A stretch of DNA of 53,120 bases, taken from positions 1 through 53,120 of IMG/VR virus record IMGVR_UViG_3300035633_000512; one strand, 5' to 3'. Shown here piece by piece: positions 1 to 9,476 of this stretch. The notes beneath the pieces are model-generated. The model made no database searches. It saw nothing but the letters and a program-made list of their open reading frames with translations, and had not been told where the DNA came from. The position numbers and the translations under genes are program-made. Position 1 is the first letter of the stretch, and every line of letters begins with the position of its first letter. Source of the DNA: a virus. Its lineage: Duplodnaviria; Caudoviricetes.

Positions 1-410
1 GCGGCCACGGCGACGGTCGAGGCGGCGGCTCCGGCGTCGTCCCGATACTGCTTATCGCCGGTGTATAGCCATCGCTCGACCACACACGGCGCGTCCCACA
101 AATGCAGCACCCGCCGCGCGCACCAGCGCGCCCAGTCTCGGAGGAGGTCCGTCGCGTCCAGGGTGGCGAGGATCGTCCGCTCGCGACAGACGAGCTTGTC
201 GGTGCTTTCGAGGGTCTCGCCCGAGCACTCCACCAGCGTGACGATGGGACCCGGAGCGTAAGACAGCGCATCCAGGATCGGCCGGGAGGCGTGCAGTCCG
301 CTGGTGCATAGGACGAGCGGCCCGGCGTGCCGGAGCGTCTCACCGACAGCCGGCACTGGCCGGCCATCACGCAGGCGCCCGTTGTGCCAGTGCCAGGTTT
401 GCACGCTCAT
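1..410 (-). CDS. Conserved phage hypothetical protein, 3' end beyond the window edge
   Basis: Hand translation (not in ORF track): MSVQTWHWHNGRLRDG...LCTSGLHASRPILDALSYAPG...DKLVCRERTIL. GGAGG precedes ATG 410; an alternative in-frame ATG at 452 overlaps the upstream gene's stop. Confidence 0.7.
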   Translation of the reverse strand, partial: MSVQTWHWHNGRLRDGRPVPAVGETLRHAGPLVLCTSGLHASRPILDALSYAPGPIVTLVECSGETLESTDKLVCRERTILATLDATDLLRDWARWCARRVLHLWDAPCVVERWLYTGDKQYRDDAGAAASTVAVA

Positions 411-448
411 GTCACCCTCCTTCAGACTGTTCAGATACGCCTGCAGGT

Positions 449-751
449 TCATGGGACTGGGTTCCAGTGCTTCCGAACCAGCTCCAGGTGTCGAGGGCTC
501 AGTGCCCGAAACAGTTCGGCGTGCTCAGCCACCTTCTCGCGACTGACATAGTCTGGGAAAAGGTACGTCCAAGGGCCTGAGCCTCCGGTCCAGTTCTCCG
601 CGGTTCCCGTCAAGGTGTAGCCGTCGCCGTAGCTCAGCGCCGAAATGAGCGCCACCATGGCCTGCGCCTCTTCGAGAGTGCAGTCGTCCTCGACGAAGTA
701 GAGGTGGTGGTCGGAGTACATCTCTCCGTTGTCGATCACGAACAGGGTCAT
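449..751 (-). CDS. Hypothetical protein (~100 aa, MTLFVIDNGEMYSDHH...)
   Basis: 3' part of ORF 449..1114; ATG 751 overlaps the TGA of the RecD gene (ATGA coupling). Confidence 0.7.
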   Translation of the reverse strand: MTLFVIDNGEMYSDHHLYFVEDDCTLEEAQAMVALISALSYGDGYTLTGTAENWTGGSGPWTYLFPDYVSREKVAEHAELFRALSPRHLELVRKHWNPVP

Positions 752-2121
752 GAGTTCAAGTCCTTCGCGCAAGGCGCGGCCTGCAGGCAGGGCTGCAAGG
801 TTGTGCGACGCTCGACGCCGCGGGTGTTGTTGGCCGCCTTGCCGAGCATCTTCTGCTCGCCCAGCATGACCAGAAACTTCTCGGCGCGGGTCACCGCCGT
901 ATAGAGCAGCGGGCGGGTCAGCATGAAGCTGTTGCAGCTGTGGACCGGAACCACGACGCACGGGAACTGCGAGCCCTGCGACTTGTGGACGGTCATGGCG
1001 TAGGCCAGCTCCAGGTCCTCGGCCTCGTTCTTGTTGTAGCCGACCTTGCGGTCCCCGAAGTCGACGACCACGACCGGCTTGCCCTTGCCCGAGGTCTGGG
1101 TGCCAGCAGGACACTCGACGCCCTTCCAGTTGGCCTCCAAGACCCTACCGGTCTCGCCGTTGGCCACGCCCTCACCGAGGTTGTAGTTGTTGCGGTTCGC
1201 GTGCAGGACGCGGTCCCCGACGAACAGCCGGTAGCCGCGACCCACTTTGACGCCCGCGTATGGGTTGTCGGAGTAGTTCGGGTTGAGCCGAGCCTGCAGC
1301 AGCGGGTTCAAGGTCTCGTCGCCCACGGCCTTGCCGTGCTGCGGGCAGAGCACCTGGATCTGGTCCGACGGGATGCCGCGCCGGGCGGGGACGTGGCTGG
1401 CCACGGCCTCGACGATGGCGGCCTGCAGCGTCAGCTCATCAGACTGCTCGGCGAACGCGACGTCCGACTCGCCGCCCTTGGCGTTGAGGACCGTGACGTC
1501 GAGGGACTTGCCCTCGTTGATGTCACGAGCCACGTACGGGATGCGAGACTCGCTGGCCTGTCGGAAGATGTGGGTCAGGCGCACGGACGGCACGACGCCC
1601 GACTCGATGAGGTCGAAGAGGACACGGCCGGGTCCGATGGAGGGGAGCTGGTCGACATCGCCTACGATGACGAGCCGCTGGGTCGGCTTCAGCGCCTGCA
1701 GGAGTCCCGAGAACAGCTGCACGTCGACCATGGAGGCCTCGTCCAGGATGACGGCGTCACAGGGCAGCGGGCCGCTGATCTGGTTGCCGTCCATGTCGAA
1801 CTTGGTGGGCGCGTCCGCGTTGAAGGTCCACCCATCGGGCGTCCAGCCGAGGAGACGGTGCAGCGTCATGGCCTGCTGCCCGGTCTGCTCCTTCATCCGC
1901 ATGGCGGCCTTGCCGGTCGGAGCGCACAGCTCGACGTGTAGTCCGTTGGCCTGGAACATCTGCAGGATGGCGTTGACGGTGAAGGTCTTGCCAACGCCCG
2001 GGCCGCCGGTGACGACGAGCACACGGTTGTCCGCCGCGAGCTGAACGGCCGTCGACTGATGCTCGTGCGGCGGACGCTCGGCGTCGAAGAGGTTGGCGGG
2101 GATGGTGAGCTTCGTCGTCAT
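748..2121 (-). CDS. recD2: RecD2/TraA-like SF1B helicase, C-terminal motor half
   Basis: Walker A TGGPGVGKT, CAPTGKAA, ILDEASMVD, VGDVDQLPSIGPG, LTHIFRQ, LAYAMTVHKSQGSQF, LLYTAVTRA. Start inferred at ATG 2121, 7 nt after a -10 box. Confidence 0.93.
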   Translation of the reverse strand: MTTKLTIPANLFDAERPPHEHQSTAVQLAADNRVLVVTGGPGVGKTFTVNAILQMFQANGLHVELCAPTGKAAMRMKEQTGQQAMTLHRLLGWTPDGWTFNADAPTKFDMDGNQISGPLPCDAVILDEASMVDVQLFSGLLQALKPTQRLVIVGDVDQLPSIGPGRVLFDLIESGVVPSVRLTHIFRQASESRIPYVARDINEGKSLDVTVLNAKGGESDVAFAEQSDELTLQAAIVEAVASHVPARRGIPSDQIQVLCPQHGKAVGDETLNPLLQARLNPNYSDNPYAGVKVGRGYRLFVGDRVLHANRNNYNLGEGVANGETGRVLEANWKGVECPAGTQTSGKGKPVVVVDFGDRKVGYNKNEAEDLELAYAMTVHKSQGSQFPCVVVPVHSCNSFMLTRPLLYTAVTRAEKFLVMLGEQKMLGKAANNTRGVERRTTLQPCLQAAPCAKDLNS

Positions 2122-2128
2122 CGGTGAG

Positions 2129-2157
2129 ACCATAAGACAGTTTCCGGCGCTTGTCAA
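2129..2157 (-). promoter_or_regulatory. sigma70-type promoter, probably leaderless transcript
   Basis: Minus strand TTGACA-17 nt-TATGGT-7 nt-ATG. Confidence 0.7.
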
Positions 2158-2227
2158 GAGGAAGGTGTGTCCTCCACGTCGGTGACCTCTTCCACCTCAA
2201 TGTCGCCAGGATGTGGCAACAGATAGA

Positions 2228-2259
2228 GGTGCCGGCACCGTCGGGCGGGTGCCGGCACC
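2228..2259. repeat. Two copies of the 12-bp palindrome GGTGCCGGCACC, 20-bp period
   Basis: Copies at 2228-2239 and 2248-2259; together they can also form one hairpin. Confidence 0.85.
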
Positions 2260-2287
2260 TGTCAACCCTAGCCTCGCAGCTCTTCGA

Positions 2288-2620
2288 TCACGTGACCACC
2301 TCGGTGATCTCAGCCCGGTAGAGCCCCTTGTCCGGATCCGGAGGGAAGATGTGCACGTTGCAGGGCTGCTCAGCGACTCCAGCCTCGTCGAGCAGGGGGG
2401 CCCAGCCCTTGGCCATCCACTTCGGCACGTAGCCGACCTTGGTCGGGGTGTTGTCCTCGTTGACCACGTCGACGCGGATCGCGTTCGGGTCGTAGTTATT
2501 CTGGGGCTCACGTACGAGCAGCGCGGACACTGTGCCCGTGCCGATCTCGACGAAGCGCTCTTGGTACTCTGCGCGGTTTGCGCCGGCCACGTACAGGGCC
2601 GCTTTCAGTTCGATCGTCAT
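2288..2620 (-). CDS. HIRAN domain protein
   Basis: VAGA...LVREPQNNYDPNAIRV...KVGYVPK matches the HIRAN signature. Confidence 0.85.
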   Translation of the reverse strand: MTIELKAALYVAGANRAEYQERFVEIGTGTVSALLVREPQNNYDPNAIRVDVVNEDNTPTKVGYVPKWMAKGWAPLLDEAGVAEQPCNVHIFPPDPDKGLYRAEITEVVT

Positions 2621-3618
2621 CCATCACTTTCCGCCAGCATCCCGCGGATTCGACGGCAGACGGTCTTCTCAGCCTCGTACACCTCCGAGAGGTAGATGCG
2701 GTCTTCCTCGACCACGGCACGCGGCGGAAGCACGACGCCATCGGAGACGGTCACCGGCTGCTGCAGCACGTCCAGTCCTTGACGGAGCAGGGCGTCTGAC
2801 AAGCTGACGGACTGTCGAGCCTTCTCCACCTGATAGTCAACCCCTCCCCCGAAAAGGTGACGCTCGGACGACCAGCAATCCCCACCCCGGCCGGCGGCGC
2901 GCAGAACCAGCATGGCCGCGGCGGCGAGCCGACGAGGGTCGTCCTCGGACATGCCCAGCTTGATGCGGATTGCGTCGCAATCCCTGAAGGACATATCGAT
3001 GCGGGTCATCAGGTAGAAGGGATCCGCGTGGATGATGGACCGGGCTTGCCCGCCGAGCCGGTCGATGATGCGGGCCGCCACCCGACTGGGCAGGTCCAGC
3101 TCGCGACACAGGAGCCAGGCGTCGCGCTCGCCTTCGAGCAGCTTGAAGGCCTCCGCGGCTTCGGACGCCCGCTCGGCGCTGATGCCCTCGATCTCAGCCA
3201 AGCGCTCGGGGGTGTTGTCGAGCAGGTCGAACACCTCGTCGGCCCCGCCGAACTTGGCGATGATGAGGGACGCCCGGTGCGGGCCGACATGGGGGAGCTT
3301 GCGCAGGAAGCTGTACAGCGCCCGCTCGTCACGTCGGGCGCAGAGCATGGCGTGCTTGGCCTCAACCTGCCAGCCGTACCGCTGGTGCCGGGTGGGGACG
3401 CCCTCGATGTCGAGGAGGTCGCCAGCCTGTACGGGCGCGATGTATCCGGTCACGGTGACCTTCTTGGCGTCGGACAGCCACTTCGGGAGGGGCGGCGCAC
3501 CTTCAGGCTGCACCGTGTCGAGCACGGTCTGGACGCACGCCCAGTCGTTCCCTGGCTTGGAGAACGTGACCTTCGTCACTTCGATGGTCATGAGGAGGGT
3601 CTCGGCGTTAGCGCTCAT
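2617..3618 (-). CDS. recD2: RecD2 N-terminal half (OB fold and HhH domains, no motor)
   Basis: VTVTG...HQRYGWQV, LPHVGPHRASLIIAKFG, PERLAEIEGIS, IHADPFYL...MSFRDCDAI...DDPRRLAA, IYLSEVYEAE are typical of the RecD2 N-terminal region. Confidence 0.85.
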   Translation of the reverse strand: MSANAETLLMTIEVTKVTFSKPGNDWACVQTVLDTVQPEGAPPLPKWLSDAKKVTVTGYIAPVQAGDLLDIEGVPTRHQRYGWQVEAKHAMLCARRDERALYSFLRKLPHVGPHRASLIIAKFGGADEVFDLLDNTPERLAEIEGISAERASEAAEAFKLLEGERDAWLLCRELDLPSRVAARIIDRLGGQARSIIHADPFYLMTRIDMSFRDCDAIRIKLGMSEDDPRRLAAAAMLVLRAAGRGGDCWSSERHLFGGGVDYQVEKARQSVSLSDALLRQGLDVLQQPVTVSDGVVLPPRAVVEEDRIYLSEVYEAEKTVCRRIRGMLAESDG

Positions 3619-3624
3619 GAGCCT

Positions 3625-3654
3625 GTTCTACCGACACTGTACGGAGTCTGTCAA
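3625..3654 (-). promoter_or_regulatory. sigma70-type promoter, probably leaderless transcript
   Basis: Minus strand TTGACAgactccg...(18 nt spacer)TAGAAC-6 nt-ATG; shares TTGACAGACTCCG with the promoter at 15221. Confidence 0.65.
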
Positions 3655-3656
3655 GC

Positions 3657-3917
3657 CCGGAATCCCGGAATCCCAAAACCGATTCCGGGGGGATTCCGGC
3701 GAGGCGAATCTTCAATGATTTCATGTCTCTAACTATCATTTCCCGGAATCCCGGAATCTTTTGGACCACAAAGGGTAGGGGTGGAAAACTTCTCTCTTCC
3801 TCCGACGAGAGTTCACCGCCCTAAGGGGTTTATGGGCAAAAGATTCCGGTTCCGGCATTTTGCCCCTAACTACTCGTTAATCTTGGCGATCACGTCACCG
3901 GAATCATCCCCGGAATC
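3657..3917. repeat. Cluster of CCGGAATC octamers in both orientations; candidate replication origin
   Basis: CCGGAATC at 3657, 3665, 3743, 3751, 3898, 3910; reverse complement GATTCCGG at 3681, 3692, 3842; relatively AT-rich spacers. Confidence 0.75.
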
Positions 3918-6632
3918 TTCTGGGTCCGTCTCTACAGGCTGACCAGGTGGGGTGTACGTCAGCATGTATTGCCCTGCATTGGCCGAGCGATCGTGCCCGA
4001 CCGACTCGAAGTGCCACCCGAGCTGGGAGAAAACCGGCTGTCGGACGAGCGCTCGGATTCGCCCCAATAGGGCTTTGCTGGAGCGGGTTTCCTGCCAGCT
4101 GCCTGACCCCTTGGCCAGCCAGCCGACGGTGTCGTGGAGCTGGCTGACGGTGAACGGGCCGATCTCAATGGCGCGCGCCTTGAACCGAACGCGCACAGTG
4201 TGCACGAACACGGAATCCCCTTCATCTCCGCCCGGGCGCCGGGACCGGTCCTCCTTGATGACGATGGCCCGGTTCCTCAGGTTGACCAGCATCGTCATCG
4301 TCGGGTCGTCGTTCACAGCGGACGCCGAGTCCTGCTCGAAGCAGGCGTTCATCCACTCCATGAAGGTGACCCGCGCGTCGAAGTCTTCCTCGTCGACGAG
4401 CAGGTGCCCCACCGCCTCGGTGATGGCCAACATGCGCCCGAGCCAGTCGGAGTAGTCCTTCTTGGAGCCGTACAGGTGTCCACACTTCTCGTCGAGCCAG
4501 ACAATGGCCTCGCGGTACCGCGCCTCGAAGTTCGGCAGGATGTAGACGCTGAACAGCTCCAGGACCGCCGAGAGCATCGCGTCCGCCTTCTCGTCGAGCA
4601 GGTCCTCTCGCGTGGTAAAGTCCGCGCGCCCCTTCGTCGTCCAGAAGGCTGAGTCGAAGCCGAACTCGAACGTTCGCCGCAGCTCCTCGGGACGGTGCAT
4701 GCCTTCGATGGCGGTCAAGGTCAGCGAGCCGTTTGGTAGGAAAACGCGCTCTCCGGCCTCTGTGTAGTACTTGCGGATCTTGGTGGGCTTTCCGGAGGCA
4801 GGGACCAGGTAGACCTGCCCGAACCGGTAGCGGTCCTTGGACTCGGCGTTGTCCTGGATCGTGAACGGGCCGCCAGTCGACATGTCGCTGAGCAGGTTCT
4901 TCTTGTCGTCGTACTCACCGCCGCCCGAGCCCGGGCTCCCGTAGAGCACGGTGGCCCAGTCGAACGCCGCCGCCGTCTTTCCGGAGCCCTGGGTACCGTA
5001 GTGGAATTTCAGCGGGCGGTGGCGGTGCAGCGGCAGCATGCAGCAGAGGTTGAAGACCGTCGACATCAGCCGGTAGTTGGGCTCGGACCCAGTGCCGTCC
5101 GGGAGCGCCTGCCCGTCGTGCACCTCCCGCCGAAAGAGCGTCCAGCCTTCGCTCTGCAGGGCGGTCGGAACCACGTCGACCTGCTTCTTTCTGTGGTGCA
5201 TACCGCGCAAGGTGATGCCACCGGCCCCGTTGTCCTGTGCCTCGACGCGGGGCTTTCGATCGTCTCCGGCCGGCTCGACGCGGATCACCTGGGTGTGCTT
5301 GGGGTCGAAGCAGAGGTAGAGCACCTCGGTCTTCTTGTCGTAGCGTCCCCAGTGTGCCTCCGCCTTGTTCGTCCGCGGCCAGGCCTGAATCTTCGTCCGG
5401 AGCGCCTGGGTCAGCTCTTTGCCCCGAGGGCTCGACGCGGTGAAGATTTCGACGTGCTGCACGAACCAGTTCTGATAGTCGTCCTCGGCCGTGTCGACGA
5501 CGTAGGGGTGCCCGTTCAGCACGAAGACAGTCTCGTTAGAGCCGGCGAAGAAGTAGAAGTCTGCAGCCTGGTCGATGAGGTAGCGCAAGACGACCTCCGC
5601 CTTGTAGCTCACCTCGACGTCGGAGCGCTGCACGTAGCCGCCAGTCGACTCGGAAATGGCGTGGTAGAGCCCGTACAGGTGCTCGCGCAGCGTGTCGGTC
5701 GGTCCGAACTCGGGCACCGGACGTGCTGGAGCACGGGGGCGGTTTTCGCGCTTCTGTCCGACCTCCTCGGTGACATCCTTGACGAAGTCCAGGATCTCCT
5801 TCAGACCCCCTCCGTTGGCTCGAATGGCGCAGTTAGGTCGGTTCCAGAGCGTGTCGACGATCTCGTCCTCGGTGAAGTTCTCCTTGGCGGCGACCATCAG
5901 CTCGACGGTCTTGCGGTCGAAGTTCTCCTCGGTCGCAGGGATGGGGTGGCCCTTCTCATCCACCCCCAGGTCCACGCGGCCCCGCGACTGGAACATCTTC
6001 GTCAGCTTGCTGCCGACGACGCTCAGCTTCTTCTCGACACGCAGCGGAAGTGGGCGATACAGCTGTCGTCGCGTCGGCTGCGAGAGAGCCCTTCCTCTGT
6101 GCTTGACGCAGGTCCCCAGAGACAACGGGATGCCCGCAGCAGGAAGCCAGAGCGCCTCATCGAAGCCCGCCCGACCGAAGGTGGACTGCAGGTTTGCCTT
6201 CAGGACGTTCAGCCCGTTGTCGAGTTCAGCCTGCGCAGGCCACGGGAACGGCTGGACCGCGATCGACACGTAGCCGTAGGCCGTCCCCTGCGGGGCGGGC
6301 ACCATCCACACATAGGTGGTTTGCGCCTCCTTCGCGAGCACCTCGGCCAGCCTTCGGGTGTCGACGGTCGGGTCGAGGTCATCCTCGTAGTGGAACTGGT
6401 ACACGGCGGCACCGAAAAGGTGAGGCTGCACCTTCTTGATCCACGGGCTGGTCTGGTTCGTGACGTGTTCGCTGGCAAAGATGTGCGGGCTCAGCACGGC
6501 GTCGCCGTCGCTCTTCGCGGCTTGGGCTGCGGCTTTCACGTCGTCGAAGTATCCGAGACCATTCGCAGTTCGTAGTTCTAGCACACCCACCTCGGGGAAT
6601 CCGAGGTAGGTCATCAGGTCAAGCACGGTCAT
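3870..6632 (-). CDS. Primase/helicase-like replication protein with a C-terminal P-loop NTPase
   Basis: Walker A YGTQGSGKT, Walker B-like FTIQDN, RKYYT motif; N-terminal ELR...GYFDD segment. Primase catalytic residues are not clearly recognisable. Start inferred at ATG 6632. Confidence 0.6.
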   Translation of the reverse strand: MTVLDLMTYLGFPEVGVLELRTANGLGYFDDVKAAAQAAKSDGDAVLSPHIFASEHVTNQTSPWIKKVQPHLFGAAVYQFHYEDDLDPTVDTRRLAEVLAKEAQTTYVWMVPAPQGTAYGYVSIAVQPFPWPAQAELDNGLNVLKANLQSTFGRAGFDEALWLPAAGIPLSLGTCVKHRGRALSQPTRRQLYRPLPLRVEKKLSVVGSKLTKMFQSRGRVDLGVDEKGHPIPATEENFDRKTVELMVAAKENFTEDEIVDTLWNRPNCAIRANGGGLKEILDFVKDVTEEVGQKRENRPRAPARPVPEFGPTDTLREHLYGLYHAISESTGGYVQRSDVEVSYKAEVVLRYLIDQAADFYFFAGSNETVFVLNGHPYVVDTAEDDYQNWFVQHVEIFTASSPRGKELTQALRTKIQAWPRTNKAEAHWGRYDKKTEVLYLCFDPKHTQVIRVEPAGDDRKPRVEAQDNGAGGITLRGMHHRKKQVDVVPTALQSEGWTLFRREVHDGQALPDGTGSEPNYRLMSTVFNLCCMLPLHRHRPLKFHYGTQGSGKTAAAFDWATVLYGSPGSGGGEYDDKKNLLSDMSTGGPFTIQDNAESKDRYRFGQVYLVPASGKPTKIRKYYTEAGERVFLPNGSLTLTAIEGMHRPEELRRTFEFGFDSAFWTTKGRADFTTREDLLDEKADAMLSAVLELFSVYILPNFEARYREAIVWLDEKCGHLYGSKKDYSDWLGRMLAITEAVGHLLVDEEDFDARVTFMEWMNACFEQDSASAVNDDPTMTMLVNLRNRAIVIKEDRSRRPGGDEGDSVFVHTVRVRFKARAIEIGPFTVSQLHDTVGWLAKGSGSWQETRSSKALLGRIRALVRQPVFSQLGWHFESVGHDRSANAGQYMLTYTPPGQPVETDPEDSGDDSGDVIAKINE

Positions 6633-6648
6633 GCAGAGGGCTCCATTC

Positions 6649-6664
6649 TGCAATCCTGGTGCCG
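6649..6664 (-). promoter_or_regulatory. sigma54-type -24/-12 promoter for the primase/helicase gene
   Basis: Minus strand CGGCACCaggaTTGCA (GG-N10-GC), 17 nt before ATG 6632. Confidence 0.6.
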
Positions 6665-6695
6665 CTCCGAGCTGCCACACGGACAATTCCCGGCA

Positions 6696-6711
6696 TGGCA
6701 CGTCGCATGCA
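6696..6711 (+). promoter_or_regulatory. sigma54-type -24/-12 promoter
   Basis: TGGCACGtcgcATGCA; an in-frame GTG at 6725 lies 14 nt after the GC. Confidence 0.65.
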
Positions 6712-6724
6712 GGAAAACGGGCAC

Positions 6725-9472
6725 GTGCTGACGCCCCGAGGTCAACGTGACGTGCTGGTCCGCTGCACGCCCGGGCAAGCCATGTCCCTCGTGCACGAGG
6801 TCCCGGGCGTGGTCTACGGGCAGAACGGCGTCCTCACCACCTGGGACACCGTTCCGCTCGTCTGCGAGCGGATTGGCAAGGACGTGCCAAGCCTGCCAGA
6901 AGTGCCCTTGGCGGAGCTGCCAGGCGTCGCGCAGTACCAAGAGCTGGTCGCCGGGCTCGAAGAGCCGCCCCGCACTTACCAAGAGGAGGACGCCGCGTGG
7001 CTGGCCAACCGGCCTTACGCCTTCCTCTGTAACCCGATGCGCTGCCTCGATGGCGACACCGAGGTGTTTGTCAACCGTGCAGGTCGAGGCTTCCGGATGA
7101 CCCTGCGCGAGCTGCACCGCAAGTTCCACGGCGGAGAGACTGCCGGGCGCCGTTGGGACCTGACCATCCCGACCCAGGTTGCGTGCTTCGACGAGGAACG
7201 CTCGATCGTCTCGAATCATCTCGTCCAGACGCACCTCGCAGGCGTCAAAGAGGGCTACGAGGTCGTGGTGGGTGACCGCCGCCTGACGGCCTCTGCCGAC
7301 CACAAGTTCCGCACACCTGACGGCTACGTGGCGCTCCGCGACCTGAAGCCGGGCGACCTGGTGCTGATGCGCGAGCGCGCACCTGCCGAGCGCCAAACAG
7401 GACCGCGGAAGAATCCCTATCGTGTCGTCTCGGTCAAGGGACATCCGAACGCTCGCGTGTACGACGTGGAACGGCAAAACCGACCCAATGAGCGCGTCTG
7501 GCACGTGCTGAAGCATCGTCTGGTCTACGAAGCCGAAGTCCTCAACGGGATGTCCGTGAAAGACTTTAGCGCCCGCGTGCGCAGAGGCGCCCATATCGGG
7601 TTGGTCTGGCTCGACCCAGCCCTGCACATCCACCACAAGGACGAAGACCCGACGAACAATGCCGCGTCGAACCTGGAGGCGTTGACGCCAGCCGAACACA
7701 ATCGACAGCACGACTCCTCGCACCACGTACTGTTTGACGCCGTGCCACGGCCCATTGAGTCGATCACGCCGGTTGGCGGAGTCGAGATGTTCGACCTGAC
7801 TCTGGAGTCGCCTTTGAACAACTACGTAGCCAACGGCTTCGTGGTCCACAACTCGGGCAAGACGCTGACCACGCTGCTCGGGGCGATCCTCGCCGGGCAC
7901 AAGCGCATCCTGGTCCTCTGCCCCGCCATCTCCCGCTTCGTTTGGGGCGACGAGGTCTACAAGTGGTTGGGTCAAGAGTCGCTCATCCTCTCAGGACTCT
8001 CATTGTCGCGGGCCCTCCAGTACTGCGGCACGTGCAAGCTCTCCGGTCGGCTGCCCGACGGCTCCCGCTGCCCCAGCTGCAAGCAGCGAAACGGCAGCAC
8101 GTACGGGTACCACATCCACGAAGTTCGCACCACCGAGCCGCCGAAGGTCGTTGACGTCAACGCGGGCGGGATCCTCTGGCGGTGCCGCAAGCACCACGAA
8201 GTCACCTCGCCGTCCAACAAGCCACTGCGCTGCCCGAAGTGCCGCGAGGAGCTGCGCGACATCCTGCAGAACGTCGAGGTCATCGTCGCCAACTACGACA
8301 TCCTCTCGGGCAAGGGCTACGCGAACAAGCGGGGCCGCGTCGAAAAGCGCGATGACCTCCCGGGCTGGGGGCAAGCGTTGTCGCTGCTCGACTTCGACCT
8401 AGCGATCATCGACGAGTCCCACACCCTCCGCGCTTTCGACACGACCGAGAAGAAGCGCGGCAAGATGATGTACGACCGCGTCCGGGACATCGTTGCGCGG
8501 GTGCCAAACGTCTGGATGGTCACCGGAACCCCGATTTTCGGCATGGTCCGCGATCTATACGGGCAGCTCGAAGTCGCCACCCACGGCCTCGTCGGGGACG
8601 GCCGCATGTGGACCGAGCGCTACTGTGCGGGTCACGTCGGCCCCTACGGATGGGAGGCGACCGGGCGCTCGAACGAAGAGGAGCTGCAGGCTCGCCTGAA
8701 GCCCATCCTCGTGTCTCGGCCGCGCTCCGAGATCCTGGAGTACATGCCGCCGAAGCTCCGTCGCGTCGTCTACATCGACAACGACAAGCCGGTGCGCCGC
8801 AAGTCCACCGGTTCGGCCGCGGGCACCGTGGCCAAGCTCATCGACGCCATCGCGCCGCTGAAGCACGACGTCATCATCGACAACGTGCTCTCGGAGATGA
8901 ACGAAGGTCTGAAGACCTACGTCCTGACCTTCCGCCCGAAGCACGCCGAGCGGATCGCGAAGCTGCTGCAGAAGAAGATGAACAGCCGCAACTGGCGGCA
9001 GCAGATGAATAAGAACAAGGCGGAGGTCTTCTTGGGGCAGACTGCCAAAGGCGTCGACCCAAAGCGCCGCCGGGAGCTGGCCAAGGCGTTCTGCGACCAC
9101 AAAGGCGCCGGCGTGTTCATCGCGACGATCCGCTCGATGCCCGGCTCAGTGTCTCTGAAGGGCGTCGCAACCGTCCACATGGCGGACTTCGACACTTCGC
9201 CCTCATCCATGGAGCAGGCCGAGGACCGAGGCTACGAGCCAGGGGTGCCCGGGTACTCCATCACCCACTACGTGGTGAAGAACTCGATCGACGACGACCT
9301 GGCCCAGGTTGTGCTCCCGAAGTTCGAGACCAAAGACCGAATGCTGAAGGACGAGAACGCGCAAAACGTACTCGAAGCCTTCCGCTCAGAAGAGGAGACG
9401 TGCGACGAGGTCATGGCGCGCCACACCGCACACTTGAACACTAGCGCCGACGAAGGCGACGATTGGATGTAA
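6725..9472 (+). CDS. SNF2/SF2 helicase with an intein and Zn-ribbon insertions
   Basis: After intein removal, motif I reads NPMR-SGKT; also ILVLCPA, IIDESH, VTGTP, MEQAEDR. CxxC pairs lie between motifs Ia and II. Start inferred from the promoter. Confidence 0.88.
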   Translation: MLTPRGQRDVLVRCTPGQAMSLVHEVPGVVYGQNGVLTTWDTVPLVCERIGKDVPSLPEVPLAELPGVAQYQELVAGLEEPPRTYQEEDAAWLANRPYAFLCNPMRCLDGDTEVFVNRAGRGFRMTLRELHRKFHGGETAGRRWDLTIPTQVACFDEERSIVSNHLVQTHLAGVKEGYEVVVGDRRLTASADHKFRTPDGYVALRDLKPGDLVLMRERAPAERQTGPRKNPYRVVSVKGHPNARVYDVERQNRPNERVWHVLKHRLVYEAEVLNGMSVKDFSARVRRGAHIGLVWLDPALHIHHKDEDPTNNAASNLEALTPAEHNRQHDSSHHVLFDAVPRPIESITPVGGVEMFDLTLESPLNNYVANGFVVHNSGKTLTTLLGAILAGHKRILVLCPAISRFVWGDEVYKWLGQESLILSGLSLSRALQYCGTCKLSGRLPDGSRCPSCKQRNGSTYGYHIHEVRTTEPPKVVDVNAGGILWRCRKHHEVTSPSNKPLRCPKCREELRDILQNVEVIVANYDILSGKGYANKRGRVEKRDDLPGWGQALSLLDFDLAIIDESHTLRAFDTTEKKRGKMMYDRVRDIVARVPNVWMVTGTPIFGMVRDLYGQLEVATHGLVGDGRMWTERYCAGHVGPYGWEATGRSNEEELQARLKPILVSRPRSEILEYMPPKLRRVVYIDNDKPVRRKSTGSAAGTVAKLIDAIAPLKHDVIIDNVLSEMNEGLKTYVLTFRPKHAERIAKLLQKKMNSRNWRQQMNKNKAEVFLGQTAKGVDPKRRRELAKAFCDHKGAGVFIATIRSMPGSVSLKGVATVHMADFDTSPSSMEQAEDRGYEPGVPGYSITHYVVKNSIDDDLAQVVLPKFETKDRMLKDENAQNVLEAFRSEEETCDEVMARHTAHLNTSADEGDDWM
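7043..7852 (+). mobile_element. Intein (270 aa) with an HNH homing endonuclease, inserted in helicase motif I
   Basis: Begins CLDGDTEV, block B TASADHKF, ends YVANGFVVHN followed by Ser; HNH HIHHKDEDPTNNAASNL...HNRQH. Confidence 0.93.
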
Positions 9473-9476
9473 CATC

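Noticed and set aside
3657-3917. CRISPR array
   Set aside because: The repeats are only 8 bp, occur in both orientations and are irregularly spaced.
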